From: Botryllus schlosseri
Taxonomy: Eukaryota
Direction of reading: 5' to 3'
Assembly: GCA_051294905.1 (NCBI GenBank)
Contig: CM119372.1
Coordinates: 39,496,001-39,560,000, forward strand
Length of the DNA: 64,000 nucleotides
The position numbers and the translations under genes were made by a program. Within the stretch, counting starts at the first letter, position 1. Every line of letters begins with the position of its first letter. The notes under the pieces were generated by a model that saw only the letters and a program-made list of their open reading frames with translations, made no database searches and had not been told where the DNA came from. Below, one piece after another: positions 13,407-26,715 of the stretch.

Positions 13407-14654
13407 CACAGGTTTTCAAGTAGTCAAGAAAGCTACTCGAGTAGAAGTAGAAGTATCGACGAAAGAATCAACTCAAGTACGAGTAGAATTAGTCTTTTTA
13501 ATAGCAACCTCAAACTACTTGAAGTAGAAGTAAAATTTACTGACTTCTAATCTACTCAAGTAAGTAAGTAGTTGAGAATACGATCGTAATTCGTTCGTAT
13601 GGATAGTCAAAAGCTGCAAATTGACCAATGTGTAAGGTGTAGAGATCTTGATTCATATTGACGTATCCCAGGAAGTATCAATTTGTGACTGAATAAGCAT
13701 TCGTCCGCATTATTGGATGCAAATGATAGTATTGATATGTGGAAATCAGATAATGATCCTTTATTTACTCGAACACCTCGTTACAGAATATATCATGGCA
13801 TGGCGCCCTCCCAACCATTTATAAGGGCCGTACTTTAGTCGAGGACAAGTACGGAGAAGATGTATCTGATACGGTGTTAACACTTTGCGCGATTTGGTAA
13901 TAAAAAATATGGATCGTAAAAATGCCATATAGTGCAGCGTTATTTTCCGAAAATAGAGGCAGTGCTACCCTTGCTTTTATGCTTCAACATGCATTTGCTC
14001 GAGACAAAATAATTAAAACTAATTTGAACTCAAAGTACGATACTACGAATTGGGAGAGAAATACAAACACTACTTTTAAAAAGCAGACAATATCTTTCAT
14101 GTCCTTTGTCCAGAAAGTTTCAACCTTTGTCTGCTAAACAATGAGATCCAACGGTAAAAAAAAGTCAGAGTTTCCTTTTCCAGAGTACGACACGCCAGGG
14201 GCTGCTGGATTACGATATTATAGGTAAATTTCAGATTGCGAAACGGTATTTGCAAACGTTATGATGGGTTGTATTTACTGTTATTGCATATGGACGGCAA
14301 TGCGGTGTGAACAGAGCCACACAAGCCGATATCTAAATTATATCCATCGATACTTCCGTGAAAACATAATTGTCACTTTGCACGTATCGCGCCGAAAATT
14401 CTGGACTTTGATGAACTTCTATGAAAACTAAATGTTAATCCGTGAAAACAGCCCCGAAATTTCTCAGACTATCTTTCTGATTGGATTAAACTACTTCTAC
14501 TTGCCTTACTGAAAATAGTGTAAAGTAAGTAAGTCACAAAATATTACATAGTAGAAGTAGCCGAAATTTTGTTAACTCGAGGAAGTACCCCAAGTAGCGG
14601 AAACTACTCGAGTTCTTCGACAAAGTAGAAATACCTCGGTAGGGACCACTTCTG
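13407..14654. mobile_element. hAT-type element with AAGTAG/CTACTT subterminal arrays (TIR CAGAGGTGGTCA)
   Basis: TSD GAGTCCTG on both sides. Inverted copies at 30662-31960 and 53967-55255. Confidence 0.88.
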
Positions 14655-14696
14655 GAGTCCTGATATCGCGAACCACGACATAACTTCGCTCTATAA

Positions 14697-17020
14697 CGGG
14701 GGTCGGGAACCTTTTTCGTCCGAAGAGCGATATTGGCCCATTCCATTTTAACTCCCAAAGAGCCATACATGTCAATCCACTGCTACGCTGCAATAGAAAC
14801 TATTTTGTGATGTCATTACAGCACTAGTTCGAATTCACTTCATTGGATTCGTAGTGTGCGTCCCATTTTCTCTGTAAAAACTTTTACTATCATGCTGGTT
14901 GCCTTATTTAAGCAGGCGAAACTTGAGTAAGTTGAGTTGCTTAGATCTTTTGCTAGTTACATATTGGTAATTTTATTATAGTAAGAAGAGCCGTATGATA
15001 TTTTTCGAAACTTGAGATAAATACCATATACAGCAGATGAAGACAACAGTAAAAGTGTGAAAATACTTTCGTCAGTTATGAGATCGTAAGCTCGTCTTGA
15101 TGCTCTTTTGTAATATGAGGATCAGAGTTGGATCAACTACATTAATTCAGTTCAATTACAATTAAATTACTCCCTTGCATGCTTCAATTACATAACAATT
15201 ACAATTACTCAATGCTAAAAATATCAAATTACAATTACAATTACAATTACTGTTAAACATGTAATTGATTCGGTAGAGAGGTGTTCTTTGACAGCCGTAG
15301 CGACGTAATTAGCAACAATCTCAAGCTATTCCTGTTTCATTCATGATACGTAGACTACCCCTTAATTTAAAAAAAACTCGATCGTATTCGAACTATTCCT
15401 AATCATGAGTACAGAAAACCACAAACACAGAAAATGTTTTAAACGACTGTTAACAACGGGAAGTTTGAGCGGCTAACAGCGAATAAGCTATAGGACAATC
15501 AATGAAATGTAATCAAACGATTAGGCTACTAAGAGATGACTGAGGATAATGAAATGTAATTGGTAAGGCATCAGCGTTTAGGATGATACCGATAAGATGT
15601 GTAAAATTGAAATAAATGCAGAAGGAAAGAACCCCCGGATAACTACTAATTACAACATTTTGGTTCGCATTTACATTCTCACTTGCTCGGAAACTGTTAG
15701 ATTGCATTTGATGAGCATTAAGGTGTGCAAATTTCTGGCCCCAGTAAATTTGGCCAAGATTGGAGGTAAGATTGGGATAACATCTCCACAAATGCGTGAT
15801 CAAGTTTGATGAAGCATTGGTTGGAAACTTGAATTTCGTTTTGCAATTGTTACAGCAAGCCTCGGTACTGGTCAGAGATTTAAAAATATAACTCTGACCC
15901 TGGTGTAGGAAATGGTTCAGCACAGGTTTCAGACCAGTTTATTTGCTGTACATCCGTTTTTGAAATATTACACGTGTAGGGGGAACCAAACATGGTCACT
16001 GCAGCATCACATATATCACGGTAAAAAGTGATACGTCAGTGACGAGGGGTCAGAGAACCCAGAAAGGAAGTGTATCACCTGCCGTCGTGATGACTGAACA
16101 CGTGAACAGCAAATTCTGAAACCTATAATGAATATTGGTATTTTCATCGTTGTTTATGAATGACTAGATTTCGACCATTTTATTCCCAAAATTACGCAAT
16201 TTGCCTATTTATTGTTCGAAAATAAAGCGCGAAAGGAGAGGTGAGGGTAAGGCAAATGTGAGGCTCAACCGGGCCTGATAACTGAGGCCACATATCAAGC
16301 CGCACCTGTGATAGCTCAATTCATGATAAATAGCTTATAATTTTAAATACTTCATGATATTCGAATGTAACTGTCGCATCGATTTTAAAATTCTACATAT
16401 TGATCGACTTCTCAATTCTCAAAGTATTCGGCGGTAACATAACGTTGCGCAACACGCCTACCCTACATTTTACCGCCGGTACAAGAAAGCTATACTTACT
16501 AATCAAGAATATGAACAGTTTGAACACTGACAGCTATGGCGTTGTTTGTACTTTGAATTTGTAATTGCGAATGTCACCTCCACGGCTGTTCGTTTCTCGC
16601 CGTAGACCAGGAAGACAATGCGTATTTCAAAACTGCACCGTCATAGAGGCGTCGCGATGTCTGCTATCTTCTTTGATCATTTGATCAATCAGCGTATCGT
16701 GCATACCGAGATTTCGAGGCGAGCGATGTCGGGCGCATTGATCTCGCGAATGATTCTGGTCGCCGGCGCGAAATCAACTTGAATTTGGGGATTTTAAAAA
16801 GGGGGCAAGAGCCCCTAACCCTGAATACGCCACTGTCTTAACCTCTCAGAGTCATGTTTATAAATCCACGAGAATACTTATTCTGGCCCTGATGAAAATG
16901 CACTAACAAGTTGCTGCAATATTTATAAATTAAGTGCAAAATTAAATGTCGAGCAAAGAGCCACATACTTTACCCAAAATAGCCATATATGGCTTGCCAG
17001 CCACAGGCTCCAGACCATTG
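14697..17020. mobile_element. hAT (Buster-type) non-autonomous element with a nested AATTAC-repeat relic
   Basis: TSD CTCTATAA on both sides. GGCTC/GAGCC subterminal motifs. Relatives at 34318-35004 and about 44810-45237. Confidence 0.8.
15780..15900 (-). pseudogene. BED zinc-finger remnant of a hAT transposase
   Basis: ORF 15513-15923 contains ACCNNCKTKFKFPTNASSNLITHLWRCYP (CxxC...SNLxxHL), next to AATTAC arrays at 15122-15270. Confidence 0.6.
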
Positions 17021-17174
17021 CTCTATAATATAGAATATATCCATGATCCTTCAAAAGCAACGTGAGTTATTGCGGATCAGTGTATCTGTATCTCGACGCC
17101 GATAATTTAATTCAGGACTGAATTTCCCTCATAGTTTTCATTCACATTTCAATAAAATCGTTCCATCGTTCCAG

Positions 17175-17279
17175 GTAAAGGAAGTGGATTTGCGTGACAA
17201 CAAATTCTCAGGAACAGCACTACGTTCACTTCTCGGACATCGCCGCATTGAATCGCTATCTGGAAATTTGGATTGGAAA
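17175..17279 (+). CDS. NLR gene LRR exon (VKEVDLRDNKFSGTALRSLLGHRRIESLSGNLDWK)
   Basis: ttccag| acceptor, |gtgagt donor, 105 nt, phase 0/0, LxxLxLxxNxF LRR pattern. Not in the ORF track. Confidence 0.85.
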
Positions 17280-17748
17280 GTGAGTTTGATTCCATGATTA
17301 GGCTTTGATCTAATCAATTTCATTGGGTGATCACCCTAATAATTCGTGTTTCCGCCAGATGCCCGTCCTGTCGCAACCAATGCCCCCTGTAATTTTCACG
17401 AGTCTGTGCGGTCTCATCAACTCACTGCGCGGTCTCTTGGACGAGAGTGCGTTGCCACGGCTGGACTCCCAATTTACCCGCACTTTGTCAGTAATGTGCG
17501 GTGTTTACTAAAAAATGTCATTTCTTCGGCTCGACTCAAGAATTACCCACTCGACTCCCGGTTTCCTCTGATTTTGCGAAACTATGACGTTCGCTGCGAC
17601 GGACTCGAGTTTGTTTATCGCATTTTAAACACTTTCTACAAAAAGAGATGGTGTCGCTTCGTATGATTATTTTTTCGAACCGCAGGGGCATTTTGTTTTT
17701 GTGCACGGCTCACATTTTGGTGTGCACGCAGACTTTGTCAGCTGAGAA

Positions 17749-18258
17749 CAGGGGCGGGCAACTTCTCCGGTCGGCGGGCATGATGTGGGGAAATGAAGTA
17801 CTTAGCGGGCCGGATTACAGAATAAATACATTAATTGCGTATTTAACCTCTGATGCAAGGAATAAATCGTAGTGTAAACTTTGAGTTTAAAGCACAGAGA
17901 CCAAACAAGTATCTAATGAATTTATCAACAGTAGCTGTTGAAGTCAATCAGACATTTGTGGTCGGTCAAAGTTGTCAACAAGTTCTTTGAACTCTGACTA
18001 CATGTCGTATGTCAGAACCCCTTGTAAAGACTGCACTGCAACATTAGTTATGAACGTAGCCTGTCTCCTTAATCTTCATGGTCGAAAATATATGTACACC
18101 CGAACAGGTTGTCAAAGTTGGATCCATACTGTGATGCATAAAATTCGTCAATACTTTCACGATAGAATTTCACTTTCAGGGTAGAATCTCTCTGCGGCCC
18201 GGTCAAAATCCCTTCGCGAGCCAGATCCGGCACGCCGGCCGTATGTTGCCCGTCCCTG
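17749..18258. mobile_element. hAT MITE (CAGGGGCGGGCAAC family) nested in a CAATGTTCCC-family element 17378-18275
   Basis: TIRs present. Homologous copy at 37959-38483. Confidence 0.75.
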
Positions 18259-18343
18259 ACTTGGAGGGAACATTGATTGCAATCCTCTCCATTTATCCGG
18301 ACTCGGTACCGGCGCTGGTTTACAGTGGATGTTGTTCTTCAGT

Positions 18344-18788
18344 TAGGCTTACCATACGTCCTCTTTTAAGAGGATTTGTACTCTTTTTAGACTTTTTTGA
18401 AAGTGTCCTCGGAGGACGCCCTTTTGTCCACTTTTTTGAGATTTTGTCCTCCTTTTTGAAAATTTAGGTCAGATTTAGAGCAAATTGCGAGTGATATGCC
18501 GCAAATTACCACGGAAGTGACGCTCCGGCGGGTATTTCGGAGTGAAAAACGGTGATTTTAGCTCTGAGCGAAAAGATGATTTTTTTTTTCAGTCATCCAC
18601 CTGGCAATGTGCAGAGAAAAACGGTATTATGAGCTCTGAGCGGAAAAAAAGACCTTTATTTTTTTTCAATCAATCGATCACAAAGTGGGAAAAATTCACC
18701 GGTTTTTGAGAATTCTACTCCGGTTTTGCAAATTGCAAATTTCTGAAAAAGTGTCCTCTTTTTAGATTTCCAAAATATGGTAAGCCTA
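18344..18788. mobile_element. hAT MITE (TIR TAGGCTTACCATA, GAGGAC repeats)
   Basis: Perfect 13-bp TIR. Near-identical inverted copy at 46636-47082. Confidence 0.88.
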
Positions 18789-19075
18789 TCGTCAGCGGCT
18801 GTTTTTTTTCATAACTGACGTTACATGCAACTGACGTAACTGTCTACTGATGATAATTCATGCACGTATTGTCGCAAACTTTTATCGGTGATGACGTTTA
18901 AAGAGCAATGAAAGCGTTTGATGCTCCACTTCTATTTTCAAAACTATTTTTTTTAATGTCATATTTCTCGCTTCCGGTCGTGGAATCGACGACGTTAATG
19001 TATCCGGGTTATTACGTCGCATTATTTCATCGATACTTACCACGATCTCAAGCTTCTTATCTGAACAATATTCAG

Positions 19076-19162
19076 GTTGCCAGGCTGGATGATATTCAAT
19101 TGAGGAACGAAGAAGATGTCATCGAGATAAGCAGTGCTGTTGAAGGTCATTTTAACATAGAG
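19076..19162 (+). CDS. NLR gene exon (VARLDDIQLRNEEDVIEISSAVEGHFNIE)
   Basis: ttcag| acceptor, GAG|gtcggt donor, 87 nt, phase 0/0, degenerate-LRR size. Confidence 0.7.
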
Positions 19163-20265
19163 GTCGGTTATCAAGATTTATTCTAATTTGATAACCATTC
19201 GATGCAAATGATTGAAATCTTACGTCTTTATGTCCATCGCCCATGTTTCTGTCTGTTACTTACATTTTAAATTTTACTTCAACAATATGCAATATGCATT
19301 CATGTTTTAAATTGGTTACGTTATCGTCTCATTTTCTGGGAGTTGTGACCAAAACGAAAGCTAAAACGATGATATCAAATTTCTATGTCGTGAATTGTAA
19401 AGTACGTACACATTTGGATAGATATCGTAGCTTCTACGTGATGGTTGTTATGTTCTTGATCTTGCTTGAACAATAACTCAATACGACGAGGTTTCAATAT
19501 GAAATCAGTATATTATACAGCAGAATAATTTTAAGACAGGCGACACGATCCAGAGTTCAGTTGAACGAAAGACCAGTAGACAACAGAACACAGGGTATAA
19601 ATACAAAGAACGACACACGGGGAAATAATGATTGGCGGTAATTACTAATCCTAGACAAATAAAAGTGAAACGATACCAACGTAAATACACGAACATAACA
19701 GTCCTCCCCTGTAAGTTAAAGGTACAAGGTGATTCACGTTGGCCGATAGAAATCAGTTTGTTTTCTATTTCTAACGGGGTAACGTCTACCCGACGTACGA
19801 GCAGGACTAGCTGCAGGACATTGCGCCATATTACTAACCAATGGTTGCTCAACTTGTGTTTGCTGAGGCTCAGCAACTTCCTGTGTGGCTGTATTATTGC
19901 CAGCTGAAATCAAGCGTCATTGGAGTTGGTTCTTATGCCTTCTCCAATACCCACGATCTGTTTTTACAATGTATACAACACGTCCCAGTATTTCCATCAC
20001 CACGTCAGCGACCCACTTTGGTCAGCGTCGGTAACTGCGAGCGTGAACCGAGGAACCAATCTCGAAATGGGTGATTGATTGTCCAGGCGTAACGGGTTTC
20101 GATTTATCGAAGGGCGAGCACAAACTTAACAAATTTCGCGGCTGCCGACCATGTAAAATCTCAGCAGGCGTTTTCCAGTCTATGCCCGGGTGCGGTGCAC
20201 ATCGGTACGTAGCGAGAAGTGTTTGGAGCGCGATTTTTTATCAATCCAGCTTTTAGAGTCTAGAC

Positions 20266-21952
20266 CAGTGGTTCCCAACGTGGGCGATTTGGCGGTCTAG
20301 GGAGGCGAAAATAACGAAGGGGGCGATAGGGGGGCGATGGCGCGTTAAAACGGCTATTTTGGAGTCGGGACTAGGGCTGGGCACAATGATTCGAGTACTC
20401 GAATCTGAATCGAGTATTAATTTTAATGATTCGAGTCGAGTAGTAAAAGACGAATTTTTCGAGTACTGAAATTATACGCTTCTCGCCACTAAAAGTTAAT
20501 TTATCATCAAAAATTATAGCGTCTATACTATTTTCCACTGTGGAACCCATGAAACCTTAATTATCCGTATTGCAGCATGCAAAACAGTGTATGAAGTAGA
20601 ATTACAAAGCTACGAACGTTACTGGAAATACCACATTTCCGAAGTCATGATCATCCCACAACATTGTCACAAAGTGCAATGGAATCGGGATGGTCGAAAA
20701 TACTAAGTATGGTTAATGTGATGGATAGCACGCATTATATTCTTTGTTGTGGCATAAAGAGGTACAAATTTGAACTTTGACATATCACATTCTGTTATGA
20801 CGTGATAATGAGCGATACTCGAATACTCGACTCGACTCGAAGCAAAATACGTGATTCAGAATCGAATCACTCAGGTACTCGAAAATGCCCAGCCCTAGTC
20901 GGGACCGTAACTGCCGCACCCCAAACCTCCCAATTGGGGTGGGGGGCCCGAACTCGAAAGGGGGCCCAAAATTATTTTGTGAATTAACATAAATTATGGA
21001 GTAACTTATTTAGAAATTCGTGGAACTTTTTCAAAAATTTTTCGCGCTGCGCGCGATTTCATATTTTTATCGATCTTGATTTTCGGATACCAGTCACCCA
21101 ACAAAAATACGAATGATTTATAGAAATAGGAGACTTCGGCGTCGGCCATTACTGGGCCACGACGCACCAAGACATATGAAGTTAGAGGCCATGTAACATG
21201 CGACTCCGAGAAGTATGCCAGAACGATCAGCAGCGATAAGACCTTGGCCGAAAAGGAATGCCCTTGTGCTGACCGAAAACTTCGATAGATATATGTCCAT
21301 AGGCACCTCAATGACTGGCACCGAATGTTCCTGTCCTGGCGACCTTAACCCTACAGGACAGATGCCATCCCGCAAGGAAAAAATTATTTACCAGTTAAGA
21401 AATACCAATTTGAAATCATGTGCGTCTTTTAGTATGGTACGTTTTGACGATTTCCATATCTTCTGACATAGCAGATATAGGAAGTCACGAAAGAGTATCA
21501 TGTAACGAAGTCAATATAGCATCGATTCCGCCAGAAGATGTTAAATTATTATTTAGGGGTCCTACCTTTTCCAACACACACCACACTCACTTCTACCGGA
21601 AAATCTGATACCGTGAGAAGAAAGAGGATATACAATTGATAGTAATATACATGTAATTCCCAATCATATTGACTGATTCAAACATGAATTGTATAAATTT
21701 GTCGCGCTTCGCGCGTTTAGGGAAATACGGTGATTACCATCAAACAGTACAGGAAGTAGGGTATAGCCGATATGTATAGCGACAAAAATCCCACTGGCTG
21801 AGGGGGTTTGGTTTATCACCCTGTGGAGATAAAGACCAACGTTTTTGGGGGCCTGACGAAGTGCTGTTTTTCGGTTCCCAATATTTGGGGGGCGATGGTC
21901 GGTGCGTAGCTTCAAAATGGGGCGATGAGTGGAAAAAGGTTGGGAACCACTG
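20266..21952. mobile_element. hAT element inserted in Gypsy integrase; contains nested 20372-20897 (TIR TAGGGCTGGGCA, TSD GTCGGGAC)
   Basis: TIR CAGTGGTTCCCAAC. Perfect TSD GTCTAGAC. Confidence 0.92.
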
Positions 21953-24681
21953 GTCTAGACGAAACGCTCCTCTTCCCCGTTCGAGGCAGGGTGAAAAGAC
22001 AGTGATACGATATGGCTGATTGCCAAATTCGAACAAAACGTGTCGAATTCATTCGATGTGAATGCGGCCCGTCATCCGTAACAATTGTTACAGGCAAGCT
22101 TTCAATAGAAAAGACTTCCCTCAAAGCGTTGACTACACACAAGGTTGTGGTAGATCCGACATTCATTCCTTTAACGAAAGGATATTTCGAATGCACATCG
22201 ACGATGACAAGACACATTTCATTTTTTATTGAACCTGCGAAATCCAAGTGAATCCGTTCAAAACTTTCAGACGTTTTGGGCCATTCGCGATACTGACGAT
22301 CAGTATCAGTATTCATTACTTTACGACAAGCGTCGCAACTCTTCACGAGATTTTCAATGTTGCGATTAATGGAAGGGCATGCGATGTAACGTCGAGCCAT
22401 CTGCTTCATTTTCGCGATACCCCAATGTCCTTCGTGCAACAATGATAAGGCTCGCGAGCGAAGTGACTGCGGAATTACTACGCGCTGAAAACCATCAATA
22501 TTGAGCATGACTATGTCTTCGTGCAGAGAAAGCGAATGTTTACGAGTCGAAAACCAAGAAAAATCATCAATGTGCGTCTTTGGATTCCAGTTACCATAAG
22601 TGACTGATAATTTTACTAGTATCATGGTTTTGTCTTTCAGCGGTCGCGTTGCGAATTTCATTGCGAGTTAACGGCAAGCCATCGAATGCCATATTATTAG
22701 CGTGAACGATCTCCGCGTTTTCACGAATTTCCAGTTCGTCAAACTCAGGGTCAGGACCCTTTGGTAGGCGAGATAAACCGTCGGCGGTTCGGTGCTGATT
22801 GGTCGGTTTATAGCGAATGTCATATTGATAAGCCATGAGCGTTAGTACCCATCATTATGCTGCAATAATCTGACAAGTGCCAAGCATAAATGACAGATTC
22901 ACCCAGCCCTTACAGCATTCAAGACTTCAATTATATACCAAGACAACATCCTAATGAGATCAGACAAAGTAGTGTCAATGTCAAGCTTTATATTTGTATT
23001 CAATGATGGTACATCCCCTCTGAAACTAGGAATTCGTTTGCCATTTGCATAAGCGCCTTTGCAATATTTTCTCGCTTGTTTTTGTGCTTTCCATCAATGA
23101 AATCAAGGCATACAGGCTACAACGGTTACCGTTACAACAAACCATCCAGTGATGTTTTTAAAGATATTGTAAAGCAGCTGTTCTTTGTTCATCATGTATT
23201 TCGTAAGTCAACATGTTCTGAATTAATCCTAAATCATTATTTGCTGACCAACCTACAACGTGCTTACAGAATCACTGCCATAAGCCGACTCCTTGTCCAG
23301 CTGATCAACAAGCCGCCAACGTCGTGATCATTGAAGCATAGCAGATTAGTCAATCAAACGCCGTGATTTCGTGATTACTAGTCTGCTTGCCGTTCTATGA
23401 TCAATAACAAGCCCACTCTATGACAGCTACTTTCAAACGCATTTAGACAAATGTTAACGACTTTCCCGTGAGCTTATTGCAGGTTCATTGACGTCATTTA
23501 ATCGTAATCTATAGAATGAGACATGTATACGCATAAATTTTGAGATTTTCCAAATTATGGACAACCCTAGTGCCCATCGCTGTAAGCGTTGCGCTGTAGT
23601 CACGGGAATTTTCTTGTCTGACGGGAAAATAGCTAAAAGCGGTTTGTGGTCCGTTACGAGCGTAAATTTTCTACCATACAAGAATTGACGTAATTTAGTG
23701 ACTCCGTAAATGATGGACAGAGCTTCTTTCTCTATTTGAGAGTAGGATTTTCGCGAATCGGAAAGCGTTTTCGATGCGTGCGCGATCGGTCTCTCTTCGC
23801 CATTGTGCTCGATTGAGAGGACAGCGCCGATTCCGAATTGAGAAGCATCCGTTGACAAAATGAGATGCTTGTTTAAATCATAATGAGCTAACTGCGTAGC
23901 GTCGATTACGTCGTTTTTGAGAATGCGAAAAGCTGCGTCACAGTCCGTATTCCAAATGAATTTCGCGTCTTTTTGAAGAAGACGGTACAAGGCAGCGGCT
24001 TTATTCGTGAAATTAGGAATAAACGCGCGATAATAATTGACTTTGCCCAGGAATGCCTGTAGCTGGCGAACATCCTGAGGTTTAGGCAACTGTTTGATTG
24101 CTTCAACGGATTTGTTAGACGGGCGTTTGCCGTCCTTGTCAATTATGTGACCAAGATACTCGATACTACTTTTGAAAAATTCACATTTAGCGAAGTTGAC
24201 TGTGAAACCATATTCGGTGAGGCGTTCAAAGAGTAGCGATAAGTTGCGAAATGATCGCGTTCATTAGTACCAGTAATGATTATGTCATCGATAAAACTAG
24301 CAACACCGGGTAAGCCGGCGATCATGGCATCAATACATCGTTGAAAATTTGCGGGACTAGATGCGACTCCGAAACACATGCGTCGATAACGGAATAGGCC
24401 GAATTGCGTGTTGATGATACACAAACTCTTCGCATCATCATCTAATTTTAGCTGAAAATAAGCATCGGCAAGATCAATTTTCGTGAAAATGCAACCACCC
24501 TGTGACTTTTGAAGAATTTCATCTAAGGAGGGCAGGGGATGTTGATCCGTCTGAATTTGTTGATTCAATGCTTTGAAGTCACCACAAGTGCGTACTGATC
24601 CTTTAGATTTAGTGACGGCAACAATTGGTGCTGCCCAATCACTGTAATTGATTGGTTCGAGAATACCTTGATTGACTAATC

Positions 24682-26134
24682 CAGTGGTTCTCAACCTTTT
24701 TGGCTTCGCGGACCCCTTTTGACCGTCACGGACCCTCGCGGACCCCCTCAAGTTTTAGTACAATTTTAGCTCTATTATGGTGCAACCTTCATATGTCTTG
24801 TGCAAATATGAGCTGTAGGCTTGTGATAAACAGCAAAATATTGATTTTTCTTGAAGATATCATCATACTATTTATGTAGAAATTGGTGGCCTTTTATTAT
24901 TTCAAAGATAATTTTGATGCTGTATTTCATGGAGTACGTGGTCGTGTCTTGAAAATCCGCTTCTTAGTTTTGACATGAACGAGGAGTGCCGAAAACCATT
25001 TCCGCAAAGATAGATAGAGGCTAATGCAATATTAACGCATAACACTTCCGACGATACTTTTGGTGTGATCGCAACATTTATGACACCAAAATGAAGAAAC
25101 ACATATTTTATAAACATATCACGTCCAGCATCTAGCGCAGGGGCGGGCAACATACGGACCGCTGGCCGGATTCGGCCTGCAACGGCATTTTGATCGGCCC
25201 GCAGAGAGTTTCTACCATCAAAGTGAAATCCTAATCTAAAAGTATAGACAAATTTTATGCTCCAAAGAATGGATCCAAGTTTTCCAACCAGAGAGAGACT
25301 GTCATGAAACTATTTGTTCTGTTCGGGTTTACATATATATTTACGACTTTACGAGCAAACATTTTCGACCATGAACAATTGAACATTAACAAGACAAGGC
25401 TGTATACCAATATGACTGGTCATATGAATTTCAGGGTTGGAGCGTAATGCTTTGATAGCAAGGAAACACTTCCTTGTTCATCAAAAAATCAGCCTTGTCC
25501 ATACTCGATAGGGCATCCGCAATAAGAATGCTCAAAATCTGATAGCCGAGGTTTAAGAGCAGGTATATCATTGTCCGATTTATGAAGAGTGTCAGCCGAA
25601 AATATTCGGGTTCATTTCAATATGAATATACTATTTTATTGTATATTAAAGTTCTGTACCTCCGAGAAGCTGTTCCTGCAGTGGGAAAAATTATGGAAAT
25701 ACTTCGGACATTTTTATTTCAAACGACTGTTCACTAATTTGATGAGACTGCTAACTTCAAATCGAAAAGTTTTCGCAGACATTACGAAGTCACCCTACCC
25801 TGATTGATGTTACTATCTCTTTATTTTTATTTTTTCCACAAACCCCAACAAAACATCTCTAAACAGCAATTTGTTTGTATTAGCAGGTTATTGGAAAATT
25901 GGCAATGAAAATGAGTTTCCACACTACGATAGTCCATGTCAGACGATTATCATGATGATATGAGTCATGAGGTTTTAGCAGTTGTGGTGCGAAACTGCCT
26001 CATGCTTTCTCAAATTAAAAAATAAAATAAAAATTAGGCTATCAACCATTTTAAAAATTTAGAGGTCTCGCGGACCCCCTGAAATTGCTTCGCGGACCCC
26101 CAGGGGTCCGCGGACCCCCGGTTGAGAACCGCTG
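24682..26134. mobile_element. hAT element inserted between Gypsy PR and RT
   Basis: TIR CAG(T/C)GGTTCTCAACC. Perfect TSD GACTAATC. CGCGGACCCC subterminal repeats. Confidence 0.92.
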
Positions 26135-26715
26135 GACTAATCTATCCAATTCGGTTTGAACAGCGATTTGCCTTGCGAAAGACAAAGGACGTGGCTTGTT
26201 AAATACGGGCTTGGCATTAGGTTTCAAGTGAATTGTAACCTTTGTCGTGGTGCATCGTCCTAATACATTAGAGAAAACGGAGGGAAATTTGGACTGAAAA
26301 GATACCAATTTGTCGTTCGAATCGCAAATGTCCATAATATTACATGATTGCGATTTGACCATCTGTGAGGAAATTGCATCCAAAGCAGACGTTCCCTTAG
26401 CGGTCATGGAGAAATCATCGCTCCAATCAACACCAAAAATGTTTTTTGCCCACGGTGTTCGTCGAGAACTATACCAATTTTAAGCCAACTCGAACTTCGG
26501 AACCCACCTGCACGGTTACAGTGCAAATAGCTTTCACTTTCAAAGGCTTGTCGCCGTACGTTACGAAAGAGCAATGGTATGCTGAGAGTTTCGGAGAGCC
26601 CAAAGTTTTGTACCCAGTCAATCTCACCATGGCGGAGGGTGCACCAGTGTCCCACTGTGTCGGCAACGGAATGCCGATGATGCTGGAGTTGATTCAGAGC
26701 TGGTTTCCTACACGT

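Larger units (their letters stand above)
19730..26700 (-). pseudogene. pol: pol of Mag-like element (PR, RT, RNaseH, IN), frameshifted and split by three insertions
   Basis: PR WDTGA. RT WAAPIV, IDLADAYFQ, FGVASSPANFQ, FIDDII. RH TDASQFGIGAVL, YSQIEKEAL, TDHKPL. IN LHEGHWG..C..C, RIHLDFAG, IVTDDGP. Confidence 0.92.

Noticed and set aside
19505..19876. Hydrophobic ORF (and 29117-29332) as an env-like gene
   Set aside because: It is mostly LTR sequence, duplicated in both LTRs, and has no env features.
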